Source: Mobula hypostoma (Eukaryota). Taken from it: a DNA stretch of 64,000 nucleotides. Below are positions 51,945 to 64,000 of the stretch, one piece after another. A model generated the notes under the pieces. It saw nothing but the letters and a program-made list of their open reading frames with translations, was not told the origin of the DNA and ran no database searches. Each line of letters opens with the position of its first letter. Within the stretch, counting starts at the first letter, position 1. The position numbers were made by a program, and so were the translations under genes. The stretch lies in assembly GCF_963921235.1 (NCBI RefSeq), contig NC_086119.1, positions 42,098,001-42,162,000 of the forward strand, given 5' to 3'.

Positions 51945-53705
51945 ATTAGACCACTGGAAAATGATGCTGGTGAGGTAGAAATGGGTGGCGGGGGGGGGGG
52001 GAGGACAAGGAAATGGCAGATGGACTTAATGGGTGCTTTGCATCAGACTTCACTGTGGAAGCTATGAGTAGTGTGCCAGAGGTCTGTGAGCAGGAGCAAG
52101 TGCCATTGTTATTACAAAAGGAAACAGTGCTTTGCACACTGAAAGGTCTTGAGGTGGATAAGTCACCTGGACCAGATGGACTACATCCCAGAGTCCCGAG
52201 AGAGGTTGTTGAAGAGATAACGGATGCATTGGTCATGATCTATCAAGAATCACATGATACTGGCATGGTCCAAGAGGAATGGAAGATTGCAAATGTCACT
52301 CCACTCTTTAAGAAGGGAGGAAGGCAAAAGAAAGGAAATTATAGGCCAGTTAGCCTGACCTCAGTCGTTGGGAAAGTGTTGGAGTCTATTTATTAAGGAT
52401 GAGGTTTTGAGGTACTTGAAGACTAATGATAAAATAAGTTGAAGTCTGATTATTTTTGTGAGGGGGAATCTTGCACGACAGATCAGTTAGTTTTTTGAGG
52501 AAGTAACAAGCAGGATGGACAAAGGAGAGCCAGTGGATGTCATTTACTTGGATTTTCAGAAGGCATTTGATAAGGTGCCTCAGTGAGGCTGCTTAACAAG
52601 ATAAAATCCTATGGTGTTACAGGAAAGATACTGCCATGGATAGAGGAATGGTGGACAGGCAGGAGGCAGCGAGTGGGAATAAAGGAGGTCTTTTCTGGTT
52701 GGTTGCCAGTGACTAGTGATGTTCCTCAGGGGTCAGTATTGCAACATTGGTTGTTAATGATTTGGATAATGGAATGGATGGCTTTGTGACAAAGTTTGGG
52801 GATGATATGAAGATGGGTGGAGCGATAGGTAGTGCTGAGGAAGCAATGCAATTGCAGCAGGGCTTAGACAAATTGGAAGAATGGCCAAAAAAGTGGCAGA
52901 TGGAATATAGCGTTGGGAAAGGTATGATGTGTTCTGGTAAAAGGAACGCTAGTATGGATTATTATCGAAATAGGGAGAAGGTTCAAATGCCAGAGGTACA
53001 GAGGGACTTAGGAGTCCTTGCGCAAGACTCCCAGAAGGTTAATTTGCAGGTTGAGTCTATGGTAAAGAAGGCAGATGCAATGTTGGGATGTATTTCAATA
53101 GAAATACAAGCAAGGGGATAATGCCAAGACTTTATTAGACACTAGTCAGGCTGCACTTGGAGTATTGTCAACAGTTTTGGATCCCATATCTCAGAAAGGA
53201 TGTGCTGTCATTGGAGAAAGTCTAGAGGACGTTCACGAGGATGATTCTGGGAATGAGGGGGTTAACATAGGAGTGTTTGGCAGCTTTGGGCCTGTACTCA
53301 CTGGAATTTAGAAGGATGCAGGAGGATCTCATTGAAAGCTACCAAGTGTTGAAAGGACTAGATAAGGTGGATGTGAGGAGGATGTTTCTTCTGATGGTGG
53401 TATCCAGAATCAGGGCACAGCCTCAAAATTGAGGGGTGACCTTTTAGAACAGGGGTAAGGAGAAATTCTTTTAGCCACAGAGTTGTGAATCTGTGGAATG
53501 CTCTGCCACAGACTCTGGTGGAGGCCAAGTCTGTAGGTATACTTAAGGTGGAAGTTAGTAGTATCCTGATCATTCAGGGCATCAAAAGATATGGTGAGAA
53601 GGCAGGTGTATGAGGTTGAGTGGGATCTGGAATCAGCCATATGGAATGACGGAGACTCGATGGGCTGAATGGTCTAATTCTGTTCCTATGTCTTGTGGCC
53701 TTATG
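51945..53705 (+). mobile_element. CR1 ORF2 3' portion
   Basis: [39 protein letters not shown], 3' tail. Confidence 0.9.
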
Positions 53706-54035
53706 TTCTTATGAGACTCATTCTAGTGACAAAGCAAATTTTCCCTCATTTGAACATTATGCCTGAGCTGGAGTGCAGATCAATTGTAAAGTTGCACAAT
53801 ATTTTCTTAGTGTCTGCATTGCGATTGAGTTTTCCATGCTATTACCCTGCTGAGTTCTAATAAGCTGTGTTTAACACATTCCAATTCTCTTATTTCTGTC
53901 AGTGTATGGGGCTGTCTTCAGTTGGTGCATCTATATAGTTGCAAGCAGGCCAAAACAAGGTGGCGGGTGTGGGATAAAACAAACTAGATGCTGGAAATGC
54001 AAAACAAAAGTAGAAAATACTTAGACCCCTTATTT

Positions 54036-56279
54036 TAGGGGTGTCAAACTCATTTTAGGTCATGGGCCGGATTGGGCAAAATGCGACTTCATGCGGGCCA
54101 GATTACTTGTGCATGTGTGAACGCACACGTGCTCCCACAGCTTTCGTTGCCTTCATTTTTTCAACCTGCTCTCATGTATTTCAGTCTCTGCTATAACTAC
54201 AAAGTGTTCCACTTTATGAATTTCGTTTCTTATGAAGAAGATTGCCTAGCAAGCATTATTTTTATGATTGGTATTAACTTACAGTCGCAGGCTACAAGAA
54301 AGTTGTGATGAGAGAGAGAAAAAACAATGCTATTTTGGCTAAGATTGTTTTGGGAGCCAAACCCTTTCCATTAATAAACCATTTGAAATCGAACATTAGC
54401 AGACACAAATGTAGACCTAACGAAACAAATTGTAAATGTAGACGATAGAACTGCACCTAATTTTTATTAGCCTGCTTCCAGCAATCAAACTCAGACAATG
54501 AACACAATTAGCCTCTAATTTTTATTGAAGTGATCACATTTACAATAATAGAATAGTCAGAAAATGAATGAATCACAATATTATGACACTCAATATTTCA
54601 TAGTGCATTTTGCTTATGTGTTGCAGTGCTTAGAACAGTGTCACTCATTTTTCACTTGTTGCTTCCAGACACCTGACATCTCTTGGCTTTAACCAGCCTG
54701 TCAACATCAGGGACCAGTTTCTGGACAGTTATGATTTTCATAATGTCATTTAGATGTCTGTGTGTCAGCTGCGAGTGCAGTTTGGATTTGTTAATGTTCG
54801 TTATGGAGAACGCCTGCTCACAGAGATATGTTGTCCCGAACATGCAAAGGATCTTTGAGGCAAAATCTGTCATCTTGGGGTACATCGGTCCCAGGTATTG
54901 ATAGAATGAGTCCAGACCCACAGTCTGAAATGTGTTACAGTGAATTTCAATTAATTCCATTTGGAGTTCCTCCGGCACATCTGATGCTGCGTTGATGGCA
55001 AACGGCGAGCAAAATAGTGAGAATTCCTTCTTGAGCCGAGTGAAGACTTGGAAACAATTCTGAATCTCACTTTTCAGCTGTGATATTTTGTCCTTGTACC
55101 TGTCCATGTTGTCATTATTCCCATGAGTGCCACGCACAGACTGCAAAGAGGGGAAATGAGCTGGGTTGCTCCGGGATAGTTGCATCTCCCACAGGCCTAA
55201 TTTAATTTGAAAGGCACGAATGCTGTCGTAGTATTCCGTAACAAGTTTGTTGCGGCCTTGCATGTTAACATTAAGCACATTTAAGTGCTCTGCTATATCT
55301 ACCAAAAATGCAAGATCATGAAGCCAGTCTGGGTCATTCAACTCTGCCACTGGCTTCCCTTTCTCGTTCATGAATAGTCCAATTTCGGCACGTAATTGGA
55401 AAAAAACGTTTGAGCACAACCCCTCTGCTCAACCAGCGGACCTCAGTGTGGTAAGGTAGGCTGTGTCCAACATTACTTTCGGACAAAAGAGTGTCAAATT
55501 ACTGATGGTTGAGTCCCTTGGCTCTAGTAAAATTAACCGTTTTGATTACTACATCCAGGACATTGTCCATTTTCAGGCTCCTGCTACATCCTGCCTCTTG
55601 GTGTACAATACAATGAAAATTCCAGAATTCCTGCTCTGGATTCTCTGTCTGAGCTTTGAGTTTCACAACACCACCTGCCTTTTTCCCGACTATGGACAGT
55701 GATAGCGTGACTCCAGTCAACCCCCAGTCTGTCCAAGGTCTCGACGAGACTGGAGAAAACGTCGTTCGCCGTTGTGGTGTTTGTCATAGACACCATCTCC
55801 ACAAACTCCTTGGTGATGGTCAAAGATGCATCAACACCACGAATAAATATTCCCAATTGAGCTACATCAGTCACGTCGGTGCTCTCATCAGTTGCAATAG
55901 AGAAGGTAATAAATGACTTCACTTCGTCTTTTAGTGGACTGTTCAAATCTCCTGCAAAGTCACCAATTCTCTCTGCCACATTATTTCTTGACAAGCTGAT
56001 ATTACCAAAAGCCTGTCTCTTCTCAGGGCACACCAGCCCTGGTGGTCTTCAGTGCAGGGTGGTAGAAGCTTATGCACAGCGGGTGGTTGACTGCTGCCTA
56101 TTGTTTTCTAAGTACACACAAGCTGCCGGTGCAGCAGGCTGCACAGACAGCAGTGGGAGAGAGAGCGGGTGCTGTACAGAAACATAATAAATGGTCGTGA
56201 ATATACTTTTTTTTTGCCCCCAAATCATCCCGCGGGCTGGATTGGACCCCTTTGCGGGGCTGGTAGTTTGACACCCCTG
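54036..56279 (-). mobile_element. hAT transposon (Charlie/SPIN/GTF2IRD2-like), defective
   Basis: TIR (c/t)aggggtgtcaaact; 8-bp TSD ccttattt/ccttagtt; SIATDESTD, HCIVHQE, EVRWLS and FGTTYLCEQAFS motifs; N-terminus deleted; frameshifts. Confidence 0.93.
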
Positions 56280-56607
56280 CCTTAGTTCAAGCGGCATTTG
56301 TGGGTGGGAAATAGGCAATTTTTAAGGTCAAGGATTAATCATTGGAAAAGTGAGTACAAACAAATGTGCTTTAAATTGTATATGGGGTCAGATGGTGAGA
56401 ATAGAAGGTATATCTGTCATGAGGTAATGATTCCTTTTATTCTTTTCTTTCTTTTTAAATCTTTTTATTGAATAAGTATACAAAGGGTAAACCATAAAGG
56501 CACTAATACACTGTTAGAAATTACAGGAGATATTAATACAGAAGAAAAAATTGATACAAACAGTGCAATTTAAACATAAAATAATATGGTAAAATAATAG
56601 TATACTG

Positions 56608-56610
<3 letters not shown>

Positions 56611-56648
<38 letters not shown>

Positions 56649-56651
56649 ATA
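56611..56651. repeat. (TA)n microsatellite in the L1 3'UTR
   Basis: Direct observation. Confidence 0.9.
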
Positions 56652-56864
56652 TCAGTAGAGCAAAGGAAAAAAAAAACCCAAAAAAGACCCCCCAAAAAAA
56701 CCCACCGTGCAACTAAACTAAAAGCAAAGCAAAGTAATGGGCTAACTTGGAAACAGGTAGAGTTAAAGAACTTAAAATCACGTACTCAAACCCGACCTCC
56801 CTTAAAAACAGTTTAAAAAAAGGCAAGAAGGGAATATAAATATGGAACAAAAGAGAAAAAAAAA

Positions 56865-59800
56865 TTACATTAAATGAAAATATTGAATAAAAGATCTCCA
56901 GGTCTGTTCAAATTTAAGTGAGGAATCATAAAGATTACTTCTAATTTTCTCCAAATTTAAGCATAATATCATCTGGGAAAACCAAAAAAAGGTAGTTGGA
57001 GTATTAGGCTCTTTCCAATTTTGTAAGATACATCTTTTCGCCATTAAAGTAAGAAATGCAATCATTCTACGGGCTGAAGGGGAAAGATTACTGGAAATTT
57101 TAGGTAATCCAGAGATAGCAGTAATAGGATGAGGAGAAATATCTATATTCAAAACCTTTGAGATAATATTAAAAATGTCTCTCCAAAAAGTTTCCAGAGT
57201 AGGACAAGACCAAAACATATGAGTTAAAGAGGCTATCTGCCCCGGACATCTATCACAAAAAGGATTAATATGAGAATAGAAATGAGCTAATTTATCTTTG
57301 GACATATGTGCTCTATGAACAACTTTAAATTGAATTAGGGAATGTTTAGCACAGATAGAGGAAGTATTGACTAATTGTAAAATCTGCCCCCAGACATCCA
57401 CGGAAATAATAGAACCCAATTCTTGTTCCCAATCTAACCTAATCTTATCAAATGGAGCTTTCCTAAGTTTCATAATAATATTATAAATAATAGCCGTTAC
57501 ACCTTTCTGACATGGATTAAGGTTAATTATAGTATCTAAAATATATGTAGGAGGTAGCGTTGGAAAGGAAGAGAGTATAGTACTTAGGAAATTTCTAACT
57601 TGGAGATATCTTAAAAAAAATGTATTCTTGGTAAATAATATTTATTAGATAATTGTTCAAAAGACATAAGGGAACCATCTAAAAATAAATCCAAAAACCG
57701 TGAAATACCCTTAGTCTTCCAAATTTGAAATGCACGATCCGTGAAAGAGGGAGGAAAAAATGTTACCTAAAATAGGGATGGCTAGCCCAAATTGGTTGAG
57801 ATCAAAAATTTTCTGAATTGAAACCAAATACGCAAGGTATACTTAACTATCGGGTTAGAGACCAGTTTAAGGCGTTTCAAATCAAAAGGAAGAGAGGAAC
57901 CTAAAATAGAGCCAAGTGCATAGACCTGAGCAGATTGTAATTCCAATACTACCCATTTAGGAATGGATAGTGTATCTTGGTCAAGTAACCAAAATTTCAT
58001 ATGTCGAATATTAATTGCCCAATAATAAAATCTAAAGTTAGGTAATGCTAGACCTCCATCTCTCTTGGCTTTCTGTAAATGTATTTTACCCAATCTTGGG
58101 TTTTTATTTTGCTAAATAAATGAAGAGATTTTAGAGTCAACTTTATCAATAAAAGATTTTGGAACAAAAATCGGTAATGCCTGAAATATATATAAAAATT
58201 TTGGCAGAATAAACATCTTAACTGCATTAATATGACCAATCAAAGTTAAATATAATGGAAACCATTTAGATGAAAGTTGAGTAATATGATCAATTAAGGG
58301 TAAAAAATTAGTCTTAAATAAATCTTTGTATTTACAAGTAATTTTAATCCTAAGATATGAGAAATAATTATTAATCAATTTAAATGGAAAGTTATGATAC
58401 AAGGGAAGTTGTTTATTAATCGGAAAAAGTTCACTCTTAGGTTTAATTTATAACCTGAAAAAAGATTAAATTGTGCTAATAAATCTAAAGCAGCAGGGAT
58501 AGATTTTTGAGGATTGGAAATATATAAAAGTAAGTCATCAGCATAGAGTGATATTTTATCGGACTTTAGGCCCCGAGTTATTCCAATAATATTTGGAGAT
58601 TCTCGAATGGCAATTGCAAGAGGTTCTAATGCAATATCAAATAATAAAGGACTAAGAGGACAACCTTGTCGAGTACCTCGAAAAAGAGGGAAAAAAGGTG
58701 AGCTTAAAGAGTTAGTACGGACCGAGGCCATAGGAGAATGATGTAACAGTTTAATCCAGGATATAAATTTCGAGCTAAAATTAAACATTTCAAGCACCTT
58801 AAATAAGTAAGGCCATTCTACTCTATCAAAAGCTTTTTCAGCATCTAAAGAGATAACACACTCAGGAACATTTTGTGAGGGGGTATAAACAATATTTAAC
58901 AGTGTGCGAATGTTATAGAAAGAGTAACGACCTTTAATAAAACCCGTTTGGTCTTCCGAAATAATAAAAGGGAGTACTTTTTCTAATCTGTTTGCTAATA
59001 ACTTAGAAAAAATTTTAGAATCAACATTTAATAAAGATGTTGGTCTATAAGATGCACACTGAGCAGGATCTTTATCCTCCTTTAGTATTAGAGAGATTGA
59101 CGCTCTATAAAAGGATTCGGGAAGTTTACCAAGTTTTAATGAAGCCTCCAAAACCCTACAGAACCAAGGGATTAATGAAGGTGCAAAAAACTTATAAAAT
59201 TCCACGGTAAACCCATCAGGGCCAGGAGCTTTCCCCAGGTTCATAGAGGAAATAACATTCTTAATCTCATTAGTAGTAATGGGAGTATCAAGCATAGAAT
59301 ACATATCCTGTGAAATCTCAGGGAAATCTAGGTTATCTAAAAAGTCATTCATATATTTAGAGTCTCGTAAAGACTCAGATTGATATAAGGAAGAATAAAA
59401 ATCAAAGAAGGTTTGATTGATCTCCGCATGATCAAATATCAGTCGATCATTTTGATTATAAATCTGATTAATTTGAGATTTAGTATAATTAGACTTCAGT
59501 TGGTTAGCCAACAGTTTACCAACTTTGTCACTGTGTACATAAAATTCACTTCTTGTTTTCTTTAAATGGTTTACAATCAAAGATGAAAGTAATAAGCTGT
59601 GCTCCATTTGAAGTTCAGTTCTTTGTTTATACAGCTCCTCAGAGGGAGCTGTAACATATTTCTTATCAATTTCCTTAATCTTGTCCACAATTACCAACTC
59701 CTCCTGCTTCAACTTCTTCCTCAAAGCAGCAGAATACGAGATAATCTGACCACGAATATAAGCTTTAAAAGTATCCCAAAGAATGTTCACAGAAATATCC

Positions 59801-60636
59801 TCTGTGTAGTTGATTGTAAAAAAGAAATCAATCTGTTCATTTATAAAGTTAACAAAATCCGAGTCCTGAAGCAGCAACGAATTAAAACGCCATTGTCTAT
59901 TATTTTGTGTATTGACCTGAATTTTAATAGAAAGCTTAAGTGGAGCATGATCCGAAATGGTTATAGAGTCATATTCACATTTAATCACTGAAGAGATAAG
60001 CCGAGAGTCAATAAAAAAAATAATCAATTCTTGAATAGGAATGGTGAACATGTGAAAAAAAAGAAAAATCTTTTTCCTGAGGATGCAAAAAACGCCAAAT
60101 GTCCATCAACCCAGAATCAGAGAGGAATGAGTTAATCAAAGTTGCAGATTTATTAGGTAAGGTCGGTAGAGGAGCGAACGGACCAAAACTGGAGATAAGT
60201 AAGTATTAAGATCTCCGCCCCAGATCAATGAAAACTCATTTAAATTCGGGAACCGATTAAGTAATGATTTATAAAATTCCGGACAGTCCATATTGGGAGC
60301 ATAAACGTTAACCAAAACTATCTTTTTATTGAATAATAGACCACTAACCAGTAGAAATCTACCATTCGGATCAGAGATAATATCATGTTGTACAAAAGTA
60401 ACTGAGGAGTCTATAAAAATAGAGACGCCTGGAATCTTAGCGTTAGAATTCGACTGAAACTGTTGGCCCTTCCAGAATTTAAAAAAACGTAGTCTGTCCC
60501 CCCTCCGCACATGGGTCTCTTGTAAAAATAGAACATGTGCTTTAAGTCTCCGGAATACTTTAAAAACTTTTTTCCTTTTAATAGGATGATTAAGACCATT
60601 AGTATTCCAGGAGACAAAATTAATAATAGACTCCAT
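56865..60636 (-). pseudogene. L1 ORF2p (APE endonuclease, RT, CCHC), frameshifted
   Basis: VSWNTNGL, LQETH, GGDLN, SDHAP, KAPGPDG, DAEKAFD, TRQGCPLSP, YADD, CDRC..HMFWSC. Confidence 0.93.
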
Positions 60637-61347
60637 AAACCCTAAAGTCAACCCGCAAAAAAGAGGATTGACGATAGGTTCGACCCACGAACCAGGAAAG
60701 GGAACAGAACAAACCAGAGATAACGGGTAGGAGAACGCAACCAATGCTTCAGTAATGTAAATAGCCCAAGAAGAAAAAAAGTAAAATGTGAAGCCCCTCC
60801 CACCACCCCCCACCCCATGACCCCAAGGCTAAATCTAAAGCAGACCCGGCAGAAAGAAGCAAGCACTAGAACTACCCCCACGACTTCCGATAGACGCTCA
60901 CTAAAAAAAATTGTAAATATAAAAAAGATCAGCTAGTTATAAAACAGTAAAAGAATAAAAAAAGTAGAACAGTTAAGACAAACGCGATATAAAACAGAGA
61001 AAAAGCCAGAAAATATAAAGAAAACCGTAACAGACCACAGACCCTATGATAACCAAAAAAAAAAAGAAACGAAATTATTAATATAAAACTAGTTAGGAAA
61101 ACCTACAGAAAAAAGTACATTTAAAGACTACGAAATTTAAGGCCTCAAAGGAAATACACGAAATGATGCTGAGGGAATAACCACCCAGAATCCCCAAGGA
61201 AAGAGAAAGGAATGACGCAGTTAGAAAGAAAGTTTGGCAACCATATTAATTAATCAAAAAAAACTTTTCTGCCCATATAAAGTAACCAAGAATTAAACCC
61301 GACAGATTCACAACCTCCGATCAAACGGAGATAATTAAAAATTACGA

Positions 61348-62193
61348 TTAAGATGTTGAAAGTGAAAATTGATCCAGATAACTCTGGGCATCCGATGGAG
61401 ATTCAAAAAAACGAAGGGCTCCATCAGGCGTACGTATCCTTAAACGCGCAGGGTAAAGCAGCGCTGGTTTTAAATCCATCTTGTAGAGTTCTGACATCAC
61501 AGATCTGTAACGAACCCGTTGATCCCGAATCTGTTTGTTGAAGTCCTCCACAAATCGGAACTGAAGATCCAAAAAATCAATATAACCTTTAGATCTAACA
61601 AATCGAAGCAGTTTCTCCTTGTCTTGAAAGTAATGAAAACGTAAAATGACATGTCGAGGTTTATCTGACTTAGACGAATATGATGGAACTCTGTAAGCCC
61701 GATCCAATAACGGTGGTTGGTCAGGAAGTACGGTAGCAAATGCATCTTTTAAAAGTTGAAAAAAAAACTTTATAGGGTTGTCAGATTCAACAGCTTCACG
61801 AACACCAATAATTCGAATATTCTGCCGTCGCATTCTGGATTCTAAGTCAGAGTTTTTAAAAGTCAGAAAGTCCAGTTTTTTCTTCATTGTAGTAATTGTT
61901 TCTTCAATTTTCTCCATCTTGAGTTCATTTTGTTGCGTGGATTTTTGAAGATTAGATATAGCCGACTGATGTTCCATGATAGATGTTTGCATTTTATCGA
62001 TTGAATCTGCAATTTTCTGGAAATTAATTGAAATTTCCGCGCGGGTCAGCTCCGTTATAGAGGTTGAAATTTCCCTTTGAATTAGATCCGATATAGCTTT
62101 CAGAGTCAACGGTGGTTCAGTCGGAGGGAGATCGGTACCTTTCGGTCTAACCGGAGGTTTGCCGTCTTTCCCATTTTTCCCGTTCTTGGACAT
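61348..62193 (-). CDS. L1 ORF1p (coiled coil, RRM, CTD), open
   Basis: DLESRMRRQNIRIIGVRE, LDRAYRV, PRHVILRF, LLYPARL. Confidence 0.88.
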   Translation of the reverse strand: MSKNGKNGKDGKPPVRPKGTDLPPTEPPLTLKAISDLIQREISTSITELTRAEISINFQKIADSIDKMQTSIMEHQSAISNLQKSTQQNELKMEKIEETITTMKKKLDFLTFKNSDLESRMRRQNIRIIGVREAVESDNPIKFFFQLLKDAFATVLPDQPPLLDRAYRVPSYSSKSDKPRHVILRFHYFQDKEKLLRFVRSKGYIDFLDLQFRFVEDFNKQIRDQRVRYRSVMSELYKMDLKPALLYPARLRIRTPDGALRFFESPSDAQSYLDQFSLSTS

Positions 62194-62527
62194 AGCAGAC
62201 CTTAAAAGCATCCGAATATCAAAAAGCCCAATTTGTTTCAGATTATTGTAAAAGTTGATGCCTTAATGGTGAGTTAAATATAGCTGATCATAAGAAAAAA
62301 AACTCAGAGGTAATGGAGCGAGTCAAGGGCACGACTTCACTCCATGAGCTCTACCGGAAGTCCCCCATGATTCCTTTTGAAAGTGGGTGCTTGGAAAGGA
62401 AGAGAGAGTGACAAATTGAAATCTACGAAAAGAAGGAAAACAAATAGTTACTGAAATTTGTAAAATTAAACTCTGCTAGATGAAAGATGAAGTGCTGTAT
62501 CTGGAGGTTAAAATGGTCATGAGGATA

Positions 62528-62890
62528 GTCACCTTGTCTTGGAGAGGCTTCGAGTTCCTGAGATCTCATGAGTTGACGTCTGGAGATTAGGCACTTGGTG
62601 CTTAGCTCCTGGTAGGGTTATCCGTGGAAGTTCCAGGCAAAGAGCGATTCAACCAGGAACTCATCAGTGGAGCTGGCAGAAGATCGTTACACATCATAGC
62701 ACCAGTGAAGGCGGAAGAAGACTGCAGCAGTGAAGCTTCCCCAGTTGCCTTGCATTTCATACTACTGGAACCTGACCCTGATCTGTCAAGACCAGTGTGG
62801 TGGCTGCCCATTCATCAGCCTCCTCACTTAAACCAACACAGATGCCCATTAATCCACCCTAGTATCCCAGATAAAGTCTCATGGTGATCA
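62528..62890 (+). mobile_element. RTE (Rex3/Expander-like) 5'UTR-derived element
   Basis: caccttgtc..ggagaggctt and gctcctggtagggt...aagagcgattca resemble RTE 5'UTRs as recalled, not searched. Confidence 0.45.
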
Positions 62891-64000
62891 GCAAGTGGCA
62901 AAGGAGTCAGGATTGTGAGGGCTGGAATCCCACATTGCACCCAAATATGTGGATCTCATATCGGCCTCTACAGCCACCTGAAGACCCACTAAATAGACAA
63001 CCTTGGGAGAATATCATAGTCAACTTGTGTGAGCACACTGCTACTACATTGGCCATCACTGGCACAATGTATAAGTTTAAAAACAAAGGTCCGTAGAGTG
63101 GGATGAGAGTTAAGATGAGTCTTAGGATTCCTTGTGGGTTGACTGAAGATGCTCTTTAAGACGGTCATTCAGGATGTATCTAATTTTCTTCAATGCAGGA
63201 GGTACCTCATTGTGAGCATTGAATACAATGCACTCGGAGGAAGTACTGGTGAATCGCTGATTCATCTGAATGGATGATTCGAGTCTTTAGATATGAGAAG
63301 GGTCTTTTTCTGAAAAAAGAACATGGCTGGTAGGTATTCAAAATGTATAATGATTTAAATATGGAAATGAAATGTAACAGCAATTTTTCAAATGACACAG
63401 ATAGATGGGAACAAGGTAAAATCTGAAAATGAAAGCTGCTTGATGTAAATCCACGAAACGTTACTATCTAGACGAGTTAAATACACATAGAAATCTATGG
63501 GCTGTATCAGATCTAAGTATAGTTGGATAGTGACCAAAAATGGGAATGGCTATTCCATGGTATCTGACATTTGGAGAGAGCAGACAAAATGGAATTGCTG
63601 CCTCTTGCTGAGTTGTGCAAGTTTTGTTTGTGTTGCTCAAGATTTCAGCATCTGCAGAATCTCATGTTTATTAGATGCAGACAGTTTTTATAATAAATAA
63701 TGACTATCTTTGTGGCATATGCTGGTGATAATAATTCTTACTGTGATCATTGCGGCCGTAGTAAAGAATGACCTTACCTTAGAAGAACTTGAAGGATTTA
63801 GTATGGATGGCAAAAAGAGGTAATGGATGTAAATGTAATTCGGATAATTTATAGGCTGGTTATCAGTATTTGCATTATTGGAGAGGATATTAATATTGAA
63901 TTTAATTCATGAGGAGTTTATAGCAAAATGACAGAGAAATAATGGCATATTATATTTTTTGGAAGTTGTTGTTCTTGTAGGAGCTCCAACTCCGCAAAAT

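Larger units (their letters stand above)
56439..62366 (-). mobile_element. Full-length L1 LINE
   Basis: 12-bp TSD ATGATTCCTTTT; 5' GGGGGACTTCCGG; ORF1, ~700-bp spacer, ORF2; AATAAA and A-rich tail. Confidence 0.95.

Noticed and set aside
54652-56033. Domesticated GTF2IRD2/ZBED-like host gene
   Set aside because: Bounded by TIRs and a TSD, frameshifted and N-terminally deleted, so it is a transposon copy
1-64000. CRISPR arrays, rRNA genes or prokaryotic operons
   Set aside because: None seen; the sequence is vertebrate repeat-rich DNA

Overview
Eukaryotic, AT-rich, repeat-dominated vertebrate DNA with no confidently identifiable host gene. The CR1/HER1-type tails and Penelope terminal repeats suggest a cartilaginous fish, probably a ray or skate (inference). 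The centrepiece is a decayed class I (gamma/epsilon-like) endogenous retrovirus at ~18779-28938: LTR, tRNA-Ser PBS, gag, pro, an extra 2H-phosphoesterase-like domain, RT/RNase H, IN, env, LTR. It is interrupted by a foreign solo LTR and by a Tc1 transposon that itself carries a Tigger element, and a Hero-clade (R2-like) non-LTR element abuts its 3' end. The rest of the window contains a full-length L1 with a 12-bp TSD, a Charlie/SPIN-like hAT element, three further solo LTRs, many CR1 and Rex1/Babar fragments, Penelope elements with hammerhead-ribozyme motifs and their short derivatives, MITEs, SINEs and an internally deleted Hero copy. All calls are from manual reading with no database search; boundaries of degenerate LINE fragments are approximate.
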